NCBI GenBank assembly: GCA_964590195.1
Contig: CAZPWJ010000001.1
Coordinates: 175,882-239,881 of the forward strand
Source: an uncultured Rhodospirillaceae bacterium
GTDB taxonomy: Bacteria > Pseudomonadota > Alphaproteobacteria > GCA-2731375
Length of the DNA stretch: 64,000 nucleotides
Direction of reading: 5' to 3'
Shown here: piece by piece, positions 51,829 to 63,901 of the stretch
Layout: every line of letters starts with the position of its first letter
How positions within the stretch are numbered: position 1 is the stretch's first letter
Program-made: the position numbers and the translations under genes
The notes under the pieces: generated by a model
What the model was told of the DNA's origin: nothing
What the model saw: the letters and a program-made list of their open reading frames with translations, nothing else
Databases searched by the model: none

Positions 51829-52863
51829 CTAGCTGGTGAGGGGTCGGCGCACTGTTTCTTCGTTGAAGGCGCCGCTGGACGGCAGGAACTTAACCATGCG
51901 CGAGCCGGTCTCGCCAAAACGGTTCTTGCGCAAATTCAATGAAATAGAGCGGCTCTTGGTGATCAGTTCATCGGGGTGGGTATAGCTGCCCTGACTGGCC
52001 GGCCGCTCAACATTGACCAGGAAGGTGATGCTGTCGGCGGAATATTCCAGATCCGAAGTGCCTTCCAGGCTGGTCAATATCGCTTCGCCTTGATGAATGC
52101 GATTCTGCGAGGATACGGCCAGAACAGGGCTGTCCAGACATAACGCCAGGCGCCGCATGGCCGTCATCAGCTTGCCTATTTCGTGGCGAAACTCAGTGAA
52201 TTGCCGGCTGCCGGCGGCCCAGATTTGTAAGTAATCTACGATCACCAGGACTCGGTCCCGCTGGCTCGCGGCGATCAACTGGCGCGCTATGTCCTCGACC
52301 TTTTTATCAGGCAATTCCGGATCCGCCTCAATCACCGTGATGCGGGAAAAGATTTCCGCCTGACTTGCCATTGCCGCGTCCAGCGCGGCGTCATCCAGCA
52401 CGCCGTCCATCATTTTGCGGCAGTCCAGATCGGCCTGCTGGCATAACAGCCGCATGACCAAGTATTCGGAATGCACATCGAAACTCAGATACAATACTGG
52501 AAATCCCGCCTGGGCCGCCGCGGCGGCATTGGACAGGGTAAAGGCGGTTTTGCCGCTGCCGGGTTCTCCAGCCAGTAAATGCAGCCCGGCGCGCCAGCCG
52601 CCCATGTTCCGGTTCAGGAAATCAAAGGCCGAGGGGACCACCTCGGCGGCGGCGGCGGCGCTGTATTCGCGTTTCAGTTCGGGCAAGTAGTCACCCGCCG
52701 TCGCCAACCTTGCCTCTGGCTCCGCCAAGTCTTTTAGGGCCGCGTCTTCTCCCGTTTTTGGGGCCGCCGCTGGAGCGTTGTCCGAAGTCGGTTCAACCGA
52801 TCCATCCGACTGCGTCAGACCGTGGCCGGTGGCCTCTGGTTGCGGTTTCACAGGTTCGTTCAT
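51829..52863 (-). CDS. DnaB-like (SF4 helicase C-terminal domain) ATPase
   Basis: Walker A GEPGSGKT, Walker B VIVDYLQ, SSQNR, LEYSAD, KNRFG. Confidence 0.85.
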   Translation of the reverse strand: MNEPVKPQPEATGHGLTQSDGSVEPTSDNAPAAAPKTGEDAALKDLAEPEARLATAGDYLPELKREYSAAAAAEVVPSAFDFLNRNMGGWRAGLHLLAGEPGSGKTAFTLSNAAAAAQAGFPVLYLSFDVHSEYLVMRLLCQQADLDCRKMMDGVLDDAALDAAMASQAEIFSRITVIEADPELPDKKVEDIARQLIAASQRDRVLVIVDYLQIWAAGSRQFTEFRHEIGKLMTAMRRLALCLDSPVLAVSSQNRIHQGEAILTSLEGTSDLEYSADSITFLVNVERPASQGSYTHPDELITKSRSISLNLRKNRFGETGSRMVKFLPSSGAFNEETVRRPLTS

Positions 52864-52874
52864 GAACGAAGCTC

Positions 52875-54377
52875 CTAGACCGCCGTGCCGCCGACGGTCA
52901 GGCCGTTGATCAGCAGTGTCGGCTGGCCAACGCCAACCGGCACGCCCTGGCCGCTCTTGCCGCAGGTGCCGACGCCGGTGTCCAGCGCCAGATCATTGCC
53001 GATGCCGCCCACCTTGGTCAGTACGTCCGGGCCATTGCCGATCAGGGTCGCGCCTTTCACCGGCGCGCCGATCTTGCCGCCTTGGACCTGATAGGCTTCG
53101 GTGCAGCTGAAGACAAACTTGCCGGAGGTAATATCCACCTGGCCGCCGCCGAAATTGACCGCATAGATGCCGTTCTTGACGCTGGCCAGAATTTCCCCTG
53201 GATCCTGATCGCCGGGGCGCATGAAGGTATTGGTCATCCGCGGCATGGGCATATGCGCGAACGATTGCCGCCGGCCATTACCGGTCGCTGCCATGCCCAT
53301 CAATCGGGCGTTTAGACGATCCTGCATATAGCCCTTCAGAATGCCGTCCTCGATCAAGGTGGTGCATTCGGTCGGCGTGCCTTCGTCATCGATAGAGAGC
53401 GAGCCGCGCCGGCCGTCAATACTGCCGTCATCGACCACCGTGACGCCGGGGCTGGCTACCCGCTCGCCCAACAGCCCGGCAAAGGCCGAGGTCTGTTTCC
53501 GGTTGAAATCGCCTTCCAGGCCATGGCCGATCGCCTCGTGCAGCAGAATGCCAGGCCAGCCGGGCCCCAACACCACCTGCATCTCGCCCGCCGGCGCGGG
53601 CACCGATGATAGGTTGACCTCGGCCTGGCGCATGGCTTCGTCAACCTGCGCCTGCCAGTTCGCCGTTTCGATATAGCGGGCAAAGCCGATGCGGTCGCCA
53701 ACCCCATGGCTGCCGCTTTCCTGACGATCCCCCTCGCCCAGCACGACGGCTACATTCAGGCGTACCAAGGGACGGATGTCGCGGATGCGCCGGCCGTCGG
53801 CGCGCATGATCTCCACCGCCTGCCATTGCCCGTGCAGGGATACGGTAACCTGGCGTACCCTGGCATCACGGCCGCGGGCATAGCTGTCAACCTCGCTCAA
53901 CAGCTGAACCTTGTCGGCGAACGAGACCTCGCCCAGAGGATTGTCATCGGGATAAAGATTTTGATTGGTGGCCAGGGGCGCCTCGCTCATGCTGCCGCCA
54001 TGTCCCGCGCGGACCGCCTGTACCGCACCGCCGGCCCTGGCGATCGCCGCCTCGTTCAACTCGGATGCATGGGCATAACCTGTCTGCTCGCCGGCCACCG
54101 CGCGCAGGCCAAAGCCCTGATTGGTATCGAAGTTAGCCGACTTTATCCGGCCGTCATCCAGCACCAGGCTTTCGCTCTGGCTGTATTCCATGAACAATTC
54201 GCCATCATCACAGCCCCGCAGCGCATCGCCGACGATGTTCTGTACCCGGCCTTCATCCAGGCCGGCCCGCTCGAACAGCAAAGCGGCATCGGGGGCATCG
54301 CGGCTGTCGCCAACCGCGCCGCCTGCCATTTTACCCGCGTTATCGGGGGATTCGCTGCTGGATTTCGATTCGCTCAT
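52875..54377 (-). CDS. tldD: Metalloprotease TldD
   Basis: GILLHEAIGHGLEGD, PRMTNT, CGKSGQGVPVG. Confidence 0.96.
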   Translation of the reverse strand: MSESKSSSESPDNAGKMAGGAVGDSRDAPDAALLFERAGLDEGRVQNIVGDALRGCDDGELFMEYSQSESLVLDDGRIKSANFDTNQGFGLRAVAGEQTGYAHASELNEAAIARAGGAVQAVRAGHGGSMSEAPLATNQNLYPDDNPLGEVSFADKVQLLSEVDSYARGRDARVRQVTVSLHGQWQAVEIMRADGRRIRDIRPLVRLNVAVVLGEGDRQESGSHGVGDRIGFARYIETANWQAQVDEAMRQAEVNLSSVPAPAGEMQVVLGPGWPGILLHEAIGHGLEGDFNRKQTSAFAGLLGERVASPGVTVVDDGSIDGRRGSLSIDDEGTPTECTTLIEDGILKGYMQDRLNARLMGMAATGNGRRQSFAHMPMPRMTNTFMRPGDQDPGEILASVKNGIYAVNFGGGQVDITSGKFVFSCTEAYQVQGGKIGAPVKGATLIGNGPDVLTKVGGIGNDLALDTGVGTCGKSGQGVPVGVGQPTLLINGLTVGGTAV

Positions 54378-54484
54378 AATTCCGTTTGCTCACTTTCGGC
54401 GTTAGCCTACCATTAGTTACCACCAATGGTTAACGCACCGTTATAAAACAAAAATTATGAAGCGATTATGACAGACAAAATCCC

Positions 54485-54547
54485 GTGCGACAAAACGTCG
54501 CACACGGTGCGGACAGCCAATGGCGATGCGGCAATCTTATAGCCGCA
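54485..54547. promoter_or_regulatory. Two RegA/PrrA/RegR-type boxes upstream of coxB
   Basis: GTGCGAC-AAAAC-GTCGCAC (54485-54503) and TGCGGC-N9-GCCGCA (54527-54547). Confidence 0.65.
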
Positions 54548-54628
54548 AATGGCCACATAGATGCCATTTTCCCACTTTCAAGCCCCAATTAGACTGAACA
54601 GTTTGTAATGGAATTACCGGGCCTTGCC

Positions 54629-54642
54629 TTGACCAAGGTCAA
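54629..54642. promoter_or_regulatory. FNR/FnrL/FixK-type box upstream of coxB
   Basis: TTGAC-CAAG-GTCAA palindrome versus consensus TTGAT-N4-ATCAA. Confidence 0.6.
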
Positions 54643-54747
54643 GCAACAGGCTTGTTCCCTGATAATCCGTTGGGTTACATAGGGGTAACAAGAGTAATGG
54701 GGATTCTTCCCGGCGTGGAAATTTTTTATAAAAATCGAGGCATTAAA

Positions 54748-55614
54748 ATGACGGCTTGGCGAATTTTGGCCGCGCCAATGGCGCTGTTCGGCACTTTGGT
54801 GGCAAGCGTATCGGCACAGGCGGATCACGGCTTGGCGCATCCCTGGCAACTGGGGCTGCAGGCACCGGTTACACCGGTGGCAGAGCAACTCAATGATTTT
54901 CATAATATGCTGCTGGTCATCATCACCGTTATCGCGGTGTTCGTGACCCTGTTGTTGATCTATGTGTTTATAAAGTTCAACGCCAAGGCAAATCCAACGC
55001 CGCGCACGACGACCCACAATACCTTGCTGGAAGTCCTGTGGACGGCGATCCCGATCCTGATCCTAGTTATCATCGCCATTCCCTCGTTCAAGCTGCTGTA
55101 TTACGCCGACAGCACCAAGGATGCGGAGATGACCATCAAGGCAGTCGGGCACCAGTGGTACTGGTCGTACGAATACCCCGACAACGGCAACTTCACATTC
55201 GATGCCTCCATGCTGGAGGAAGAGGAGCTCAAGGATGGGCAGCCGCGCCTGCTGGCCACAGACGAAGCCGTGGTCATTCCGGTCAACACCAACATTCGCC
55301 TGCTGATCGCCGCCGACGACGTGATCCACGCCTGGGCCATGCCGGCCTTCGGCGTCAAGCTGGATGGCGTGCCGGGCCGCCTGAACGAAACCTGGGTCCG
55401 GGTCGAGAAGGAAGGCACCTACTACGGCATGTGTTCAGAGCTGTGTGGCACCGGCCACGGCTTCATGCCGATCATGGTCAAGGTTGTCTCCAAGGAAGCC
55501 TTCGCGGCATGGGCCGTCAAGGCCAAGGAAGAATACGCCTCCCTTGGCGAGAAAACCGGCGTCAAGCTGGCGGCTGTTGGCGGCCAACCCGATGTTTCCG
55601 GGGCCGCGCGGTAG
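54748..55614 (+). CDS. coxB: Cytochrome c oxidase subunit II
   Basis: GHQWYWSYEY, DVIHAW, CuA motif CSELCGTGHGFM. Confidence 0.97.
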   Translation: MTAWRILAAPMALFGTLVASVSAQADHGLAHPWQLGLQAPVTPVAEQLNDFHNMLLVIITVIAVFVTLLLIYVFIKFNAKANPTPRTTTHNTLLEVLWTAIPILILVIIAIPSFKLLYYADSTKDAEMTIKAVGHQWYWSYEYPDNGNFTFDASMLEEEELKDGQPRLLATDEAVVIPVNTNIRLLIAADDVIHAWAMPAFGVKLDGVPGRLNETWVRVEKEGTYYGMCSELCGTGHGFMPIMVKVVSKEAFAAWAVKAKEEYASLGEKTGVKLAAVGGQPDVSGAAR

Positions 55615-55693
55615 TTTCGCGAATTGATATTTGAAGGGCGGGGCCGGTTGAGAGCCTAACCAGCCCAATATGTAAAAGAATACAGAGCGATAG

Positions 55694-57310
<1,617 letters not shown>

Positions 57311-57353
57311 TCGATGCCTAGTCGATGTGCGGTGGTAGAAGGAACAGAAACAG

Positions 57354-58277
57354 GTGAATAGCGGCAACGTTGCCTATGCCCAAAGCACCCGGCGCCAAAC
57401 TGGCGGCGCCCGGTTGCTGGACTATCTGGCGCTGTTGAAGCCACGGGTGATGAGCCTGGTGGTCTTCACGGCCCTGGTCGGTCTGATGCTGGCGCCCGGC
57501 AGCATGGATATGGTGACCGCCGTGGCGGCCTTGCTCTGCATTGCCGTCGGCGCGGGCGCATCGGGTGCCGTCAATATGTGGTACGACGCCGATATCGACG
57601 GCCAGATGCTGCGCACCTGTGGCCGGCCCATTCCACGTGGTCATGTCAAGCCGCGCGCCGCGCTGGTTTTTGGCGCCGTGCTGTCCTTTGCCTCTGTTCT
57701 GGCCATGGGTGCTCTGGTCAATCTGCTATCGGCGGCGCTGTTGGCGCTGACTATCGGCTTTTATGTTTTCGTCTACACCATGTGGCTGAAGCGGCGGACA
57801 CCGCAGAACATCGTCATTGGTGGCGCGGCCGGCGCCTTTCCACCGATGATCGGCTGGGCCGCGGCCAGCGGCGATATCCCGCTGGCCTCCATTGCCTTGT
57901 TCGCGATTATCTTCTTTTGGACACCACCGCATTTTTGGGCCCTGGCGCTTTATCGGGCCGATGATTACCGCAATGTCGGCGTGCCCATGCTGCCCGTGGT
58001 GGCCGGAAAAGCCGCGACCCGGCGGCAGATCCTGCTCTATTCCCTGATCCTGTTCCCCATTACGCTCAGCCCGGTCGCCTTGGGCGCCTGTGGCCTGATC
58101 TATGGCATTGGGGCGGCGTTGCTGGGTTTGATATTCCTGGCCTGCGCCATTCATGTCTGGCGTACCGGCGACGACAATGACAAGCCCGCGCGGCGTTTGT
58201 TCGGCTATTCCATATTTTATCTGTTCGCCCTGTTCGCGTTGATGCTGGGTGAACGTTTGTCGGGAGCTGTCGTCTGA
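57354..58277 (+). CDS. cyoE: Heme o synthase (protoheme IX farnesyltransferase)
   Basis: [34 protein letters not shown]. Confidence 0.95.
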   Translation: MNSGNVAYAQSTRRQTGGARLLDYLALLKPRVMSLVVFTALVGLMLAPGSMDMVTAVAALLCIAVGAGASGAVNMWYDADIDGQMLRTCGRPIPRGHVKPRAALVFGAVLSFASVLAMGALVNLLSAALLALTIGFYVFVYTMWLKRRTPQNIVIGGAAGAFPPMIGWAAASGDIPLASIALFAIIFFWTPPHFWALALYRADDYRNVGVPMLPVVAGKAATRRQILLYSLILFPITLSPVALGACGLIYGIGAALLGLIFLACAIHVWRTGDDNDKPARRLFGYSIFYLFALFALMLGERLSGAVV

Positions 58278-58411
58278 TGCCGATCAGCAAGATGCATAAG
58301 CAACGGTTGGGCCGCAACCTGGCGGTAGCGGGATTTCTGGTCGTCTGCATCGTGGCGGCATTTTTTGTCACTCTGTACAACATGCAGGGCCAGACATGGA
58401 ATGGCGGCTGA
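58277..58411 (+). CDS. 44-aa single-TM protein of the cox cluster (CoxF-like)
   Basis: [44 protein letters not shown]; TGATG overlap with the cyoE stop; below the ORF-track cutoff. Confidence 0.7.
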   Translation: MPISKMHKQRLGRNLAVAGFLVVCIVAAFFVTLYNMQGQTWNGG

Positions 58412-58415
58412 TGCG

Positions 58416-59006
58416 ATGAACCCAATCTCCCGCAATAGGGCGCCCCGCAATAACAGGCGCATCCGGCTGACCGCCCTGGTCGCCGCCAGTGTCGTTGTCG
58501 GCATGGTGGGCGCGGCCTATGCGGCGGTGCCGCTGTATCAGATGTTTTGCCAGGTTACCGGCTTTGGCGGCACGACGCAGGTTGCCGAGGACGTGCCGGC
58601 GGCGGTGGGCGAACGGGTCATCACCGTGCGCTTCAATGCCGATACGGCACGGGCCATGCCCTGGAAGTTTCAACCGCAACAGCGCGCCGTAACCTTAAAG
58701 GTGGGCGAGCAGGCGCTGGCGTTGTACGAAGCGGTCAATCCGACGGAACGGCGCATTGTCGGCACCTCGACCTTCAACGTGACGCCGCTCAAAGCCGGGC
58801 CGTATTTCAACAAGATCGAATGCTTTTGCTTTACCGAACAGGCGCTGGCGCCTGGGCAAAGCGTCGATATGCCGGTTTCCTTTTTTGTCGATCCGGAAAT
58901 TTCCAAGGATCCAAATCTGGATGACGTGAAGACCATAACCCTGTCCTATACCTTTTTCGAGGTGGCGGACGATATTGCAGATAACAAGAAAGTCGCCGCC
59001 AAATAG
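58416..59006 (+). CDS. ctaG: Cytochrome c oxidase assembly protein CtaG/Cox11
   Basis: VPLYQMFCQVTG, KIECFCF, TLSYTF. Confidence 0.95.
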   Translation: MNPISRNRAPRNNRRIRLTALVAASVVVGMVGAAYAAVPLYQMFCQVTGFGGTTQVAEDVPAAVGERVITVRFNADTARAMPWKFQPQQRAVTLKVGEQALALYEAVNPTERRIVGTSTFNVTPLKAGPYFNKIECFCFTEQALAPGQSVDMPVSFFVDPEISKDPNLDDVKTITLSYTFFEVADDIADNKKVAAK

Positions 59007-59040
59007 GTGGCTATGAAGTTGCTGGGAACGGAGTGAAAAA

Positions 59041-59853
59041 ATGGCTGATACGCACGCAAAAGGGCATGACTACCATCTGGTGGACCCCAGCCCATGGCCG
59101 GCCCTTGGCGCGCTGAGCGCACTGGTCCTGGCCTCGGGCTTTATCTGGTACATGCACGAGGGGCCGGTCTGGCTGACCGCGATCGGCTTCCTGATGGTGC
59201 TCTACACCATGTTCGTGTGGTGGCGCGATGTCATCAAGGAAGCCCATGTTGATGGCCATCACACCCCGGTGGTACAGCTGCATCTGCGCTTTGGCATGAT
59301 CATGTTCATCGCCTCCGAGGTGATGTTCTTCATGGCCTGGTTCTGGGCTTATTTCAACGCCGCCCTCTACCCGACCGTGCAAATGGGCGGCGTCTGGCCG
59401 CCCGAGGGCATCCTGACCTTTGATCCCTGGCACCTGCCCCTGATCAATACCTTGATCCTGTTGACCTCGTCGACCACGGTGACCTGGGCCCATCACGCGG
59501 TGCGTGAAGGCAATACGAAAAGCGCCGTCCAAGGCCTGACCGTCACGGTGCTGTTGGGCGCCATCTTTACCTGCGTCCAGGCCTATGAATATGCCCATGC
59601 CTCTTTCGAGTTCACCTCGGGCATCTACGGCTCCACCTTCTTCATGGCTACGGGTTTCCACGGCCTGCATGTGCTGATCGGCACCATTTTCCTGCTGGTC
59701 TGCCTGATCCGTACCGCCAAGGGCCATTTCAAGCCGGACCATCATTTCGGTCTGGAAGCGGCTGCCTGGTATTGGCATTTCGTCGATGTGGTTTGGCTGT
59801 TCCTGTTCTGCTTCATCTACGTTTGGGGCGCCGGGACCATGGCACCGCACTAG
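59041..59853 (+). CDS. coxC: Cytochrome c oxidase subunit III
   Basis: [34 protein letters not shown]. Confidence 0.97.
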   Translation: MADTHAKGHDYHLVDPSPWPALGALSALVLASGFIWYMHEGPVWLTAIGFLMVLYTMFVWWRDVIKEAHVDGHHTPVVQLHLRFGMIMFIASEVMFFMAWFWAYFNAALYPTVQMGGVWPPEGILTFDPWHLPLINTLILLTSSTTVTWAHHAVREGNTKSAVQGLTVTVLLGAIFTCVQAYEYAHASFEFTSGIYGSTFFMATGFHGLHVLIGTIFLLVCLIRTAKGHFKPDHHFGLEAAAWYWHFVDVVWLFLFCFIYVWGAGTMAPH

Positions 59854-59863
59854 AACAACTTCG

Positions 59864-60250
59864 ATGCACGACGACAAAAAGGGCGGCACCGCGGTGTCGC
59901 CCTTTCTCGCTGGGTTGCTGTGCCGTTGTCCCCGTTGCGGCAAGGGCAGGCTGTTTCGCGGTCTGCTGGATGTCAGAAGCAACTGCGATAGCTGCGCGCT
60001 GGACTATTCGGCCCACGATGCGGGCGACGGGCCGGCGGTTTTTGTTATTCTGATCGTCGGCGCCCTGGCCGTGGCCCTGGCATTTATCGTGGAGAACGCC
60101 TTCACGCCGCCGATCTGGGTTCACCTGATCTATCAGATCCCCTTTGTACTTGGCGCCTCAATCCTGCTATTGCGGCCCCTGAAGGCGACGCTGATCGCCT
60201 TGCAGTACCGCCACCATGTCGCTGGTTTTAATGATAGACCGTCTGAATAG
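59864..60250 (+). CDS. DUF983 family membrane protein
   Basis: CPRCGKGRLF, CDSC, DAGDGPA, LLRPLK..LIALQY. Confidence 0.88.
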   Translation: MHDDKKGGTAVSPFLAGLLCRCPRCGKGRLFRGLLDVRSNCDSCALDYSAHDAGDGPAVFVILIVGALAVALAFIVENAFTPPIWVHLIYQIPFVLGASILLLRPLKATLIALQYRHHVAGFNDRPSE

Positions 60251-60253
60251 CTG

Positions 60254-60952
60254 ATGCGCCGCCCCGGTCTTTGGTCCATATGCCTGACCCTGTTTGGTCT
60301 GATCCTGATGCTATCTCTTGGTATCTGGCAGCTGCAACGCATGGCCTGGAAAGACGCGCTGACGGCCGAAATGCAGGCGGGCCTGGCGGCTGCCCCCGTA
60401 CGATTAGATGGGCGATTGGACGATTTGGCGGCGCTGAATTACCGCCCCGTCCAGGTGCGCGGCAGGTTTCTGCACGACAGAGAAGCCTTTCTTGGCCCCC
60501 GCTCGCATCAAGGCCAGAGCGGCCTGCATGTCCTGACCCCCCTGCGCCTGGAAAGCGGTGCCACCATCCTGATCAACCGCGGCTGGATCCCCAACGGGCG
60601 CCGCGATCCCGCCAGCCGCGCCCAGGGCCAGCTACAGGGCCTAGTCGAGGTTCAAGGCATTCTACGCAGCCAACTGAAACAGGGAACCTGGACGCCGGAT
60701 TATGATGCCAAGGCGGATCTGTGGTTCTGGTATGATATCGCCGGCATCGCGAGGTCCCGTGATTTGAATTTACTAAAGGGCGTGGTGCAGGCGGATGGGC
60801 GGGCCAGTCCCGGCGGTCTGCCCGTCGGCGGCGTGGCGCAGCCCGCCCTGGTCAACAATCATTTGCAATATGCCATCACCTGGTTTTCCCTTGCCGCCGT
60901 CCTGCTGGCGGTCTTTCTGCTGGCCCATCGCCGTGGAAGAGAAGCGACATGA
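60254..60952 (+). CDS. SURF1 family cytochrome oxidase biogenesis protein
   Basis: LGIWQLQR..WK, INRGWIP, NNHLQYAITWF. Confidence 0.93.
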   Translation: MRRPGLWSICLTLFGLILMLSLGIWQLQRMAWKDALTAEMQAGLAAAPVRLDGRLDDLAALNYRPVQVRGRFLHDREAFLGPRSHQGQSGLHVLTPLRLESGATILINRGWIPNGRRDPASRAQGQLQGLVEVQGILRSQLKQGTWTPDYDAKADLWFWYDIAGIARSRDLNLLKGVVQADGRASPGGLPVGGVAQPALVNNHLQYAITWFSLAAVLLAVFLLAHRRGREAT

Positions 60953-62439
60953 GCAATGCCTATGAACAACTGACGGAGCGTTTCGCCCGCCTGGCCAATT
61001 TGCATGGCGCCTCCGCCGTCCTGCATTGGGACGCCGCCGCCATGATGCCGGCGGGCGGCGCTGGTGCCAGGGCCGAACAACTGGCGACCTTGTCCCTGCT
61101 GGGCCATGAAATGCTCTGTCAGGAGGAGGTCGCGGCGCTGCTGTCGCGGGCGGAAGAGCGGCGCGATGACCTGGGGCAATGGCAGCAGGCCAATTTGCGC
61201 GAAATGCGCGCCAAATGGCGCCATGCGACCGCCCTGCCGGGTGATCTGGTAACGGCGTTGAGCCGGGCCGGTTCGGCCTGTGAGATGATTTGGCGCACGG
61301 CCCGGGCGGAGGATGATTTTGCCTCCCTTGCACCCAGTCTGGCGGAGGTGGTCAAATTGGTTCGCCAGGCCGCCGCCGCCAAGGGTGAAGCCTTTGGCTG
61401 CGCGCCCTATGATGCCCTGCTCTCGCAGTACGAGCCGGGCCTGAGCGCCGCCGATATCGACCGCCATTTTGACGCCCTGGTGGATTTCCTGCCTGGCCTT
61501 CTGAGCCAGGTTTTAGAGCGGCAACCCACGCCCCCAGCGGCGCCTGAAAACATGCCGGCGGCGGTGCAGGAGGCCATCTCCCGGCGTCTGCTGGATGTCT
61601 TGGGTTTCGATTTCGAACATGGCCGCCTGGATGTATCGTTGCATCCCTTCACGGGCGGTGTCGCCGATGACGTGCGCCTGACCACGCGCTATGACGAGGC
61701 CGACCCCCTGGGCAGCCTGTATCCCGCCTTGCACGAGGGCGGCCACGGCATGTACGAACGCGGCCTGCCGGCGGACTGGCGGCTACAGCCCGTGGGCGGG
61801 GCCATGGGCATGGCCATGCACGAAAGCCAATCATTGCTGGTGGAGATGCAGGTCAGCCGGGGCGATGCCTTTCTGAATTTCCTCTCACCGTTGTTGCGGC
61901 AGCTGGGCGGCGTCGCGGGCCCGGCCTGGGAGGTGGAGGGGCTTGGCCGGCGGGTGCGCCATGTGGCCCGCTCGCTGATCCGGGTCGAGGCGGACGAGGT
62001 GAGCTATCCCCTGCATATCATCCATCGCTATCGTCTGGAGCGCGCCCTGCTGGCCGGCGATCTCGCGGTCACGTAACTGCCCGGTGCCTGGCGCGAGGGT
62101 ATGCGGGGCTTGTTGGGCGTTGAGGTGCCCAATGACCGCGACGGCTGTATGCAGGATATTCATTGGATGGATGGCGCCTTTGGCTATTTTCCCACCTACA
62201 CCCTGGGCGCCATGGCGGCGTCGCAATTGTTCCAAGCCGCCGAGGCCGCCCTGCCTGATCTGGCGGATGATCTTGCCCGGGGCGACTTCAGCCGCCTGAT
62301 GACATGGCTGGGCGAAAAGGTGCACAGCCAGGGCCGCCTGCACGGCAGTGCGGATGCTTTATTGACCGCCGCCACCGGCGCGCCGCTGGACGGTGCAATC
62401 TTTCGCCGCCACCTTGAAAAACGCTACCTGGGCGACTAG
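60949..62439 (+). pseudogene. M32 carboxypeptidase with an in-frame TAA at 62074-62076
   Basis: HPF, HEGGH, HESQS, IRVEADE before the stop; LPGAW..., MQDIHW, GYFPTY continue in the same frame after it. Confidence 0.85.
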
Positions 62440-62481
62440 GTTGGCGCGCCCGTATGACCGGGCCATTTGGAGAGTCGTACC

Positions 62482-63867
62482 GTGCAATATATTTCGACCC
62501 GTGGCCAAGCGCCCGACCTGGCGTTCTCGGACGTCCTGCTGACCGGGCTGGCCCGAGACGGCGGCCTGTACGTGCCCGGCAGCTGGCCGCAATTGAGCCA
62601 TACGGATCTGAAGGCCTTGGCGGGCTTGCCCTATGCCGAGGCCGCGGCGCGGATCCTGCAGCCGTTCATGGCCGGTGTCGCGGCTGACGAATTGCTGGAG
62701 ATGACCTCGGCGGCCTATGCCGGTTTCGCGGATCCAGCCGTGGTGCCCTTGCGGCAACTGTCCGAGGGTCAATGGTTGATGGAGCTGTTCCACGGCCCCA
62801 CCCTGGCCTTCAAGGATTTGGCCATGCAGTTGCTGGGGCGTCTGTTCGACCGAGAATTGGCACGGCGGCAACAACGCATCACCATCGTTGGCGCCACATC
62901 GGGCGATACCGGTTCCGCCGCGATCGAGGCGTGCCGGGACCGCGAGGCCATCGACATATTTATTCTGCACCCCGAGGGCCGGGTGTCCGAAGTACAGCGC
63001 CGGCAGATGACCACGGTGCTGTCGGACAACGTGCATAACATCGCCATTCAAGGCACCTTCGACGATTGTCAGGCCTTGGTAAAGGGCACCTTCAACGATC
63101 TGGCCTTTCGTGACGAGGTCGCCCTGTCGGCGGTGAATTCCATCAACTGGGCCCGCGTGGTGGCCCAGGTGGTCTATTACATCACCTCCGCCATCGCCGT
63201 CGGCGCGCCTGAAAAGGCGGTCAGTTTCGCCGTGCCCACGGGCAATTTCGGCTGTGTCTTCGCTGGCTATGGTGCCGCCAGGATGGGCCTGCCGATCGAG
63301 AAACTTATCGTCTCCACCAACCGCAACGACATCCTGTACCGCTTCTTTCAAACCGGCGCCTACCGCACGGACGAGGTTTTCGCCACGCAAAGCCCGTCCA
63401 TGGATATTCAGGTCGCTAGTAATTTTGAACGGCTGCTGTTTGATCTGGCGGGCCGCGATGGCGCCGTCATTCGCGGGCAAATGCAGGAATTGGAAGAGCA
63501 CGGCGGCTTCGAGGTTTCGCCCGAAACCTTGGCCCAGGCGCACGAACTGTTCCTCTCGCACCGGGTGGACGAGGCGGCGACCACGGCCACCATCGCCGAG
63601 GTCTTCGAGGAAAGCGGTGTTGTCATCGACCCACATACCGCCGTCGGCCTGCGCGCGGCCCGCGACTTGATGCCGGATGGTCCGGTGATCACCCTGGCCA
63701 CGGCCCATCCGGCGAAATTTCCCGAGGCGGTGGAAAAGGCCTGCGGCCAGCGCCCCGCATTGCCAGCGCATATGGCGGACCTATATGAACGGGAGGAGCG
63801 CTGCGCCGTTCTGCCCAATGACCTAGACGTCTTGCAGGATCACATCCGCGGCCTGCGCCGCGCATAA
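62482..63867 (+). CDS. thrC: Threonine synthase
   Basis: YISTRG, ELFHGPTLAFKD, ATSGDTG, NSINWAR, PTGNFG, TAHPAKF. Confidence 0.97.
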   Translation: MQYISTRGQAPDLAFSDVLLTGLARDGGLYVPGSWPQLSHTDLKALAGLPYAEAAARILQPFMAGVAADELLEMTSAAYAGFADPAVVPLRQLSEGQWLMELFHGPTLAFKDLAMQLLGRLFDRELARRQQRITIVGATSGDTGSAAIEACRDREAIDIFILHPEGRVSEVQRRQMTTVLSDNVHNIAIQGTFDDCQALVKGTFNDLAFRDEVALSAVNSINWARVVAQVVYYITSAIAVGAPEKAVSFAVPTGNFGCVFAGYGAARMGLPIEKLIVSTNRNDILYRFFQTGAYRTDEVFATQSPSMDIQVASNFERLLFDLAGRDGAVIRGQMQELEEHGGFEVSPETLAQAHELFLSHRVDEAATTATIAEVFEESGVVIDPHTAVGLRAARDLMPDGPVITLATAHPAKFPEAVEKACGQRPALPAHMADLYEREERCAVLPNDLDVLQDHIRGLRRA

Positions 63868-63901
63868 TTGACCGTGCAAAATTAGGGGACTTGAAAACAC
63901 C

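Noticed and set aside
55626-55672. Imperfect hairpin between coxB and ctaD
   Set aside because: Short and imperfect with no U-tract; at most an mRNA stability element
62359-63771. 470-aa - strand ORF
   Set aside because: Antisense shadow of thrC
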